NCBI GenBank assembly: GCA_963733295.1
Contig: CAVTCS010000003.1
Coordinates: 2,336,001-2,400,000, forward strand
Reading direction: 5' to 3'
From: Vulcanimicrobiota bacterium
GTDB lineage: Bacteria; Vulcanimicrobiota; Vulcanimicrobiia; Vulcanimicrobiales; Vulcanimicrobiaceae
Length of the DNA stretch: 64,000 bases
The translations under genes and the position numbers were made by a program. Below the pieces are notes generated by a model. It did no database searches. It worked only from the letters and a program-made list of their open reading frames with translations, and was not told where the DNA came from. Shown piece after piece: positions 59,555 to 64,000 of this stretch (the stretch's first letter is position 1; the number at the start of each line of letters is the position of its first letter).

Positions 59555-60400
59555 TCAGCGTAACGCGGGCGGGAGACGTCCCGGCCTCCGGCGCAGCCGC
59601 CCAACGAACATCGTTACGAAGAACGTGGCGGTCGCGAGCAGCACGATCGTTGCCCCGCTCGCGGCCTGGAGGTAGTACGAAACGTAGAGACCGAGCACCG
59701 CGCAAGCGGCGCCGATCGCCGCCGAGAGCGCGAGCATGCGCGTGAAGCGACGCGTCAGCTGGTAGGCGCTGGCCGCCGGCGTCACGAGCAGCGCCGCGAC
59801 CAAGACGATGCCGACCGTCTCGAGCGAAATGATGATCGTCAGCGCCAAGAGCACGAGCAGAGCGTACGAAACGAATCCTGCATTGATCCCGCTCGCCTCG
59901 GCGACGATCGGATCGAACGACGTATAGAGCAGCGGCCGGTAGAGCAAGACCAGACTGACGACGACGAGTGCGGCCAATCCGACGATCAATGTGAGATCGC
60001 CCCGCGAAACGGCGAGGATGTTCCCGAACAGAAAACTCTGCAGATCGACTGCGTAGTTTTGAAGGCGGCTCATCATGAAGACACCCAGCGCGAACGCGCC
60101 GGTGAAGAGCACGCCGATCGCCGTATCGAGCGAGACGTTCCCGCGCCGGTTGACGAAGCCGATCCCGAGAGCGGTGACGATCGCGACGATCGCCGCGCCG
60201 ACGTAGTAGTCGAGGCCGCGAATGTAAGCGACCACGACCCCCGCAAACGAGGCGTGCGCGATCCCGTCGCCGATGAACGCAAGCTTACGCAGGACGACGT
60301 AAACGCCGATCGTCGAGCACAGCGTTCCGACGATCAACGCTGCGAGGAAAGCCCGTTGCATGTATTCGAACTGAAAAGGAGCGAGAATCAGATCGCTCAC
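59555..60400 (-). CDS. Metal (Zn/Mn) ABC transporter permease
   Basis: GDGIAHA, DTAIG, FLFGNIL and VGIVLV.ALLVTP. Confidence 0.93.
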   Translation of the reverse strand: MSDLILAPFQFEYMQRAFLAALIVGTLCSTIGVYVVLRKLAFIGDGIAHASFAGVVVAYIRGLDYYVGAAIVAIVTALGIGFVNRRGNVSLDTAIGVLFTGAFALGVFMMSRLQNYAVDLQSFLFGNILAVSRGDLTLIVGLAALVVVSLVLLYRPLLYTSFDPIVAEASGINAGFVSYALLVLLALTIIISLETVGIVLVAALLVTPAASAYQLTRRFTRMLALSAAIGAACAVLGLYVSYYLQAASGATIVLLATATFFVTMFVGRLRRRPGRLPPALR

Positions 60401-61131
60401 CGCCGGTGCCCGTGCGTGTGCGTGTGCTCGCGAATTCCCGCGTAAGCACCCGAAGCGAGGACCGTTTCCGGGTCGCCTTCCGCTAGGACCTTACGGTCGA
60501 CGACCATCAGCCGGTCGAACCAACTCGCCGCGCGTTCGAGATCGTGAGTCGTCATCAATACCGGCAAGCCCTGCGCCACCAGTCCGCGTATGAGTTCGCG
60601 CAGGGCATCCTCGGTTGCCGCGTCGACGCCGGTCGTCGGTTCGTCGAGCAGCAAGAGTCGTGGCTCCTGTGCGATCGCGCGCGCGACGAAGGCCCGCTGC
60701 TGCTGGCCGCCGGAAAGGCGCGAGATGTGACGATCGCGCAGATCCCACATGCGCAACGCCTCGAGTGCCGATTTCACCGCAGCGCGATCCTGTTTTGAAA
60801 AACGCGCGAGGGGTCCCATGCGCGGAAAGCGGCCCATCGCGACGACGTCGGCGACCGAGGCCGGGAACGACCAATCGACGGCTTCGACCTGGGGCACGTA
60901 GGCGATCGTTCCGGGTTCGAGCGCGCGCGGCGATGTACCGAATACTTCGAGAATCCCGCTGGCAGGCGCCACGAGGCCCGCGACCGTCTTCAACAGAGTC
61001 GATTTTCCCGAGCCGTTCGGGCCGACGATGCCGAGGGCTTGCCCCGTCTCGAGCGTGAGGTCGAGTTTGTCGAGCGCCGTGACGTCGCCGTAGCGAACGG
61101 TCAATTCGCGGATGCGGACGGCGATGCTCAC
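60397..61131 (-). CDS. Metal ABC transporter ATP-binding protein
   Basis: GPNGSGKS, YVPQ..VDWSFP, LSGGQQQR and DEPTTGVD; His-rich tail. Confidence 0.93.
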   Translation of the reverse strand: MSIAVRIRELTVRYGDVTALDKLDLTLETGQALGIVGPNGSGKSTLLKTVAGLVAPASGILEVFGTSPRALEPGTIAYVPQVEAVDWSFPASVADVVAMGRFPRMGPLARFSKQDRAAVKSALEALRMWDLRDRHISRLSGGQQQRAFVARAIAQEPRLLLLDEPTTGVDAATEDALRELIRGLVAQGLPVLMTTHDLERAASWFDRLMVVDRKVLAEGDPETVLASGAYAGIREHTHTHGHRR

Positions 61132-62018
61132 GGCCGTCCACCGAGCGCGTTCACGATCGTCTCGGTGTCGTAACGCAGCATGCTCTCGTAGTCGTGCACG
61201 CGTGGATCGCTTCCCACGGAATCGTCGTAGAGATCCTGTACCGTCTTGATGCCTGCGCTTTCGGCAAGCGCTTGCGCGAGCTTCGGGCTGTACTCGGGCT
61301 CGGCAAAGACCGCCTTGACGTGATTGGCGCGCGCCAATTGAACCAAGTCCGAAATATATTTCGGATTCGGTTCCTGTCCCGGGGAGAGCTCGATGACGCC
61401 GACCGTCTTGATTCCGAAGCGGTCGTTATAGTATTGCCAAGCGTTGTGAAAGACGATCATCGCGCGCGAGGGCGGAGGAATCGTATCGATGCGCGTACGG
61501 ATATCGCGTTCGAGCGTAACCAGCTTCGCGTCCTCCGCCGCGGCATTGCGCCCGAAGAGCGCGCGGTCGGCCGGATCCCGAGCGACGAGCGCGTCGCGCA
61601 TTTTGCGCACGTACGCTCGCGCGAGTTCGGGATCCATCCAAAGGTGTGGGTTCGAATCGACGTGCGGCAGGCCGTCGCTCAGAACGGTTATGCGAAGGTT
61701 CGGGTTCTTCGCGTTGTCGATCGTGCGCGCGAGCCAGGCCTCGAGGCCAAGGCCGTTCTCGAAGAGGACGTTCGCGGCGTGAAGTCGCGCGATGTCCGAG
61801 GGTGTCGGCTGATAGTCTTCGGGAGAGGCACCGACCGGCACCAAGGAGGTAACCGCCACGCGGTTTCCGCCGACCGCCTGCGCGAGCGAGACAAACGTGG
61901 TGATCGTGGTCAGCACGTTGATGGGAGCTGCATCTGCGACTGCGGGCGCAGCGCCGCGCAGGACGGCTACGCCGGCCAGCACCGTCAGCGCGGCGCTAAA
62001 TTTGCAAATGATTCCCAT
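61128..62018 (-). CDS. Metal ABC transporter substrate-binding protein (cluster A-I, ZnuA/TroA-like)
   Basis: NGLGLE.W, NPHLWMDP, FHNAW.Y and DS; signal peptide. Confidence 0.9.
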   Translation of the reverse strand: MGIICKFSAALTVLAGVAVLRGAAPAVADAAPINVLTTITTFVSLAQAVGGNRVAVTSLVPVGASPEDYQPTPSDIARLHAANVLFENGLGLEAWLARTIDNAKNPNLRITVLSDGLPHVDSNPHLWMDPELARAYVRKMRDALVARDPADRALFGRNAAAEDAKLVTLERDIRTRIDTIPPPSRAMIVFHNAWQYYNDRFGIKTVGVIELSPGQEPNPKYISDLVQLARANHVKAVFAEPEYSPKLAQALAESAGIKTVQDLYDDSVGSDPRVHDYESMLRYDTETIVNALGGRP

Positions 62019-62022
62019 ATTT
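61998..62022. promoter_or_regulatory. Fur-family (Zur/Nur/Fur) 7-1-7 operator candidate
   Basis: AAATT-TGCAAAT-G-ATTCCCA-TATTT, an AT-rich palindrome overlapping the predicted binding-protein start codon. Confidence 0.65.
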
Positions 62023-62162
62023 CCGTGGGTGCGCGCAGCGCCGCACCGTTCCCTGCAATTTTGCGCGAGAAACGAACATCCGCGTCGGCATAGCGCACGT
62101 TACATGGATAGTCGAAGGGGCATCCAAGAAGTCGACGTTCCAATCCGTTTCGAGAGGCGGCC

Positions 62163-63758
62163 ATGACCTCGTTGATCCGGTTCCTCCGCGTTTTCGGCGT
62201 CGCCGGTTTCATGCTCGGCCTTTGTACGGTCGCGGTACCCGCTCACCCGCTCGGGAATTTCACGATCAATCACCTCAGCAAAGTGCGAGTCACTCCACGC
62301 ACGATTGAGGTGCGTTACGTTCTTGACATAGCGGAGATTCCGACGTACCAACTCATGCGTGAGTACGCTTCGAACGGGCGCATGTCGCAAGCCCAAATGG
62401 CCGCATGGGCGACGAAGCAGGCGGCGTTGTTCGCAAAGGACTTGCACCTCACGATCGATGGGCGGCCCGTTGCGCTCGGCACGCTTGGCGCACGGGCGCA
62501 TGCCAGGCCGGGAGCCGGCGGCTTGCCGATTCTCTATTTGCAGGCGGACTACCACGCGAGCGTTTCGCTTGGGAGCGGCACGCGCGAGCTACGCTTCGAA
62601 GACGCGACGTATCCGGGACGCCTCGGATGGAAAGACGCGATCCTCGCACCGCCGCAAACCGAGCCGACGCACGAATTGCTGTCGTACCCCAATGCGCTAC
62701 TCGGGTCTCCGCGCAACGTTACGTCCTTCGAGGCGCGACTCGGGCCGGCTGGGATCGTCGCCGTCGTCCCGCCGCCAACTGCCCTCGCAGCGCCCGCCGC
62801 ACCTTCGGCCGCGCGCTCGAATCAACTTTCGGATATGCTCGCACGCGGGACGGGCGATCGTGCTTTCGTGTTGCTGACGTTTCTCGCCGCGATCGTCCTC
62901 GGCGCCCTTCACGCACTCGAGCCCGGGCACGGAAAAACGCTGCTCGCCGTCTCGCTGGTCGGCGCGCGCGCGACCGTTCGACAAGCGGGAATCCTGGCGG
63001 CCGCGCTGACCATCGCGCACACTGCAGGCGTCATCGCGCTGGGGCTCGCGATCAACCTTTTCAAGAGCTACTTCGTCCCCGAGACGATCTACCCGTGGAT
63101 AACGCTCCTCTCGGGAGTCGCGATTGCGATCATCGGAGGGCGCGCGGTCCAGCGCCAGCTGCGTCTGCAACAGCCGGTGGTCCACGTCCACGCCCACGAG
63201 CACGCTGGAACGCACCTCCACGAACACGATCACGTTCACTACGTGCACGCTCGTCCACACGGTCACGAGGATCGGAGCGGACACGTTCATCCGCACGACG
63301 ATCTGGAGCACGCGCGAGCGCACGCACTCCCGGGGTCGGCGCCCTTGAAGTTCGGCCCGACGGTTCTCGCGGCGATGAGCGGGGGCATCGCCCCGTGCCC
63401 CGCGGCACTCGTCGTCCTGCTCGCAGCCGTTGCCTTGAATCAGGTCCTTTACGGAGTCTTCGTCATCGTGGCGTTCAGTTTCGGGCTCGCGGCGACGCTC
63501 ACCGGACTCGGGATCGCAGTCGTCCGCGGCACGGCCTGGCTCCGCGGCCGCCCTGAATTGGAGCGCTTCGTGCGCTACGGCCCGCTACTCTCCGCAATCG
63601 TCATCGCAACGATCGGCGCGTTCATGGTCGGACAAGGCTTCGCGCAAGAAGGCCTCGCCGCTTCGCCGCTCCTCATCACGGCCTTGACCGTGCTCGCGAT
63701 CGCCGGCTTTGCGTTTTCCCACCCGTTCTCCGGGCACCGGGAAGTGGAGCACGCATGA
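62163..63758 (+). CDS. RcnA/NiCoT-like nickel/cobalt transporter with an N-terminal extracytoplasmic domain
   Basis: Signal then HPLGNF.INH; GALHALEPGHGKT; His-rich loop; PCPAAL; FSFGLA. Confidence 0.85.
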   Translation: MTSLIRFLRVFGVAGFMLGLCTVAVPAHPLGNFTINHLSKVRVTPRTIEVRYVLDIAEIPTYQLMREYASNGRMSQAQMAAWATKQAALFAKDLHLTIDGRPVALGTLGARAHARPGAGGLPILYLQADYHASVSLGSGTRELRFEDATYPGRLGWKDAILAPPQTEPTHELLSYPNALLGSPRNVTSFEARLGPAGIVAVVPPPTALAAPAAPSAARSNQLSDMLARGTGDRAFVLLTFLAAIVLGALHALEPGHGKTLLAVSLVGARATVRQAGILAAALTIAHTAGVIALGLAINLFKSYFVPETIYPWITLLSGVAIAIIGGRAVQRQLRLQQPVVHVHAHEHAGTHLHEHDHVHYVHARPHGHEDRSGHVHPHDDLEHARAHALPGSAPLKFGPTVLAAMSGGIAPCPAALVVLLAAVALNQVLYGVFVIVAFSFGLAATLTGLGIAVVRGTAWLRGRPELERFVRYGPLLSAIVIATIGAFMVGQGFAQEGLAASPLLITALTVLAIAGFAFSHPFSGHREVEHA

Positions 63759-64000
63759 TCGCCAGCCTCTTCGCCGTGTTCGCGCTCGGCCTGCGCCACG
63801 GAGCCGACCCCGACCACATCGCTGCGATCGACAACCTTACGCGCAACTCGTTCGAGAAACGCCCGTTTTTCAGCCGCTTCGTCGGGACGCTGTTCGCGGC
63901 CGGCCACACCGTGATGGTCCTCGCGATCGCCGCGCTGGTAGGTTTCCTCGGCACGCGGTTCGCCCCGCACCACGAGCTGATCGAGACGATCGGTACCTGG
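63755..64000 (+). CDS. HoxN/NixA (NiCoT) nickel/cobalt permease, truncated by the window end
   Basis: LGLRHGADPDHIAAIDNLTR and F..GH signature motifs; ATGA overlap with the previous gene. Confidence 0.85.
   Translation, partial: MIASLFAVFALGLRHGADPDHIAAIDNLTRNSFEKRPFFSRFVGTLFAAGHTVMVLAIAALVGFLGTRFAPHHELIETIGTW

Noticed and set aside
63178..63330. CAC-rich repetitive stretch as a DNA repeat array
   Set aside because: It encodes the His-rich loop of the RcnA-like transporter.

Overview
GC-rich bacterial chromosomal window, almost entirely coding. My unverified impression is that it comes from a Vulcanimicrobiota/Eremiobacterota-like soil bacterium. I found no rRNA, tRNA, CRISPR array, integrase or transposase. 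Contents in order: dprA-rlmH-argS; hisC-GNAT-AI-2E; pyrK-pyrD-pyrF-pyrE; a 47-aa ORF missing from the ORF track; a SigW-like ECF sigma/anti-sigma/two-component/DUF4097 block with two back-to-back ECF promoters; an adenylate cyclase-STAND ATPase-TPR protein; 2-oxoacid:ferredoxin oxidoreductase; a Bacillus-style phaJ-phaQ-phasin-phaB cluster with a candidate operator and no phaC; DUF1501/DUF1800; leucine catabolism genes interrupted by an EamA/nucleotidyltransferase pair/Uma2/MsrPQ-like block, with a poly-C frameshift in the carboxylase alpha subunit; rmuC; a sugar ABC system split over both strands around an IlvD/Edd dehydratase; a PQQ alcohol dehydrogenase with an N-terminal cytochrome c and the lanthanide-type DxD motif; purEK; a clan-A glycoside hydrolase; M48 and S53 peptidases; and a divergent metal ABC / Ni-Co transporter locus with a Fur-family box. 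Product calls come from recognising motifs by eye, with no database searches, and many start codons are my own estimates.
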